From the human T2T-CHM13v2.0 reference genome, Homo sapiens: 64,000 nt of DNA. A program made the translations under genes and the position numbers. Shown piece after piece: positions 63,689 to 64,000 of this stretch. The stretch lies in NCBI RefSeq assembly GCF_009914755.1, contig NC_060925.1, one strand, 5' to 3'. The notes beneath the pieces are model-generated. The model did no database searches. It was not told where the DNA came from and saw only the letters and a program-made list of their open reading frames with translations. The stretch's first letter is position 1; each line of letters begins with the position of its first letter.

Positions 63689-64000
63689 TAAATGTTATAT
63701 CATTTTCATCTGAATTTGCTTAACTGAAGATTTTTACCATGTGTTTACATACTGACTGTAAATTACTTAACAAACATTTATATATCTATTAGTTGTTTTG
63801 CCCAGCATGGGAGATAATTAAATGAGCAAAAGTAAATCTTTACCCTTAAATAATTCACAGTACAGGTGGGAGAGAGTAAGTAATCAAATAATTATTAAAC
63901 AGATGACAAGCGCTGTAATAGAGAAATATGTAGGGCATTATAGGAGCAGAAAGGAAGACCTATCTGGCTTTACCTTGGGATAGGTGGATCTGAGCTACAT

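Overview
Primate, almost certainly human, genomic DNA; mostly intergenic and very rich in transposable elements (roughly 80-90 Alu pieces by eye). The only intact coding sequence is a + strand terminal coding exon at 1366-1670. Its translation matches, from memory, the C-terminal 100 aa of C1orf185 (1p32.3), and the ORF track misses it. Two processed pseudogenes are present. One is a full-length cofilin-1 retrocopy (- strand, 17-bp TSD, one nonsense codon, probably CFL1P2). The other is a frameshifted TOMM5 retrocopy (+ strand, absent from the ORF track) nested inside Alu, inside Tigger1, inside L2. The rest is layered mobile DNA: an ERVL/MLT2 proviral relic split by a ~12-kb L1M complex, solo LTRs (LTR12, LTR47-like, MER90-like, MST), a complete Tigger1 fragmented by Alus, Tigger3, MER elements, L2, MIR, HAL1 and a young AluYa5-like copy. 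Almost all listed ORFs are Alu/L1/LTR artefacts. I found no convincing new multi-gene system. The best unexplained leads are a ~3-kb non-repeat block lodged in an old L1, an isolated ~130-bp palindrome, two tail-less L1 fragments bounded by direct repeats, and a 30-bp non-consensus tract shared by two distant Alus. Gene names and repeat subfamilies are from recall, not a database search.
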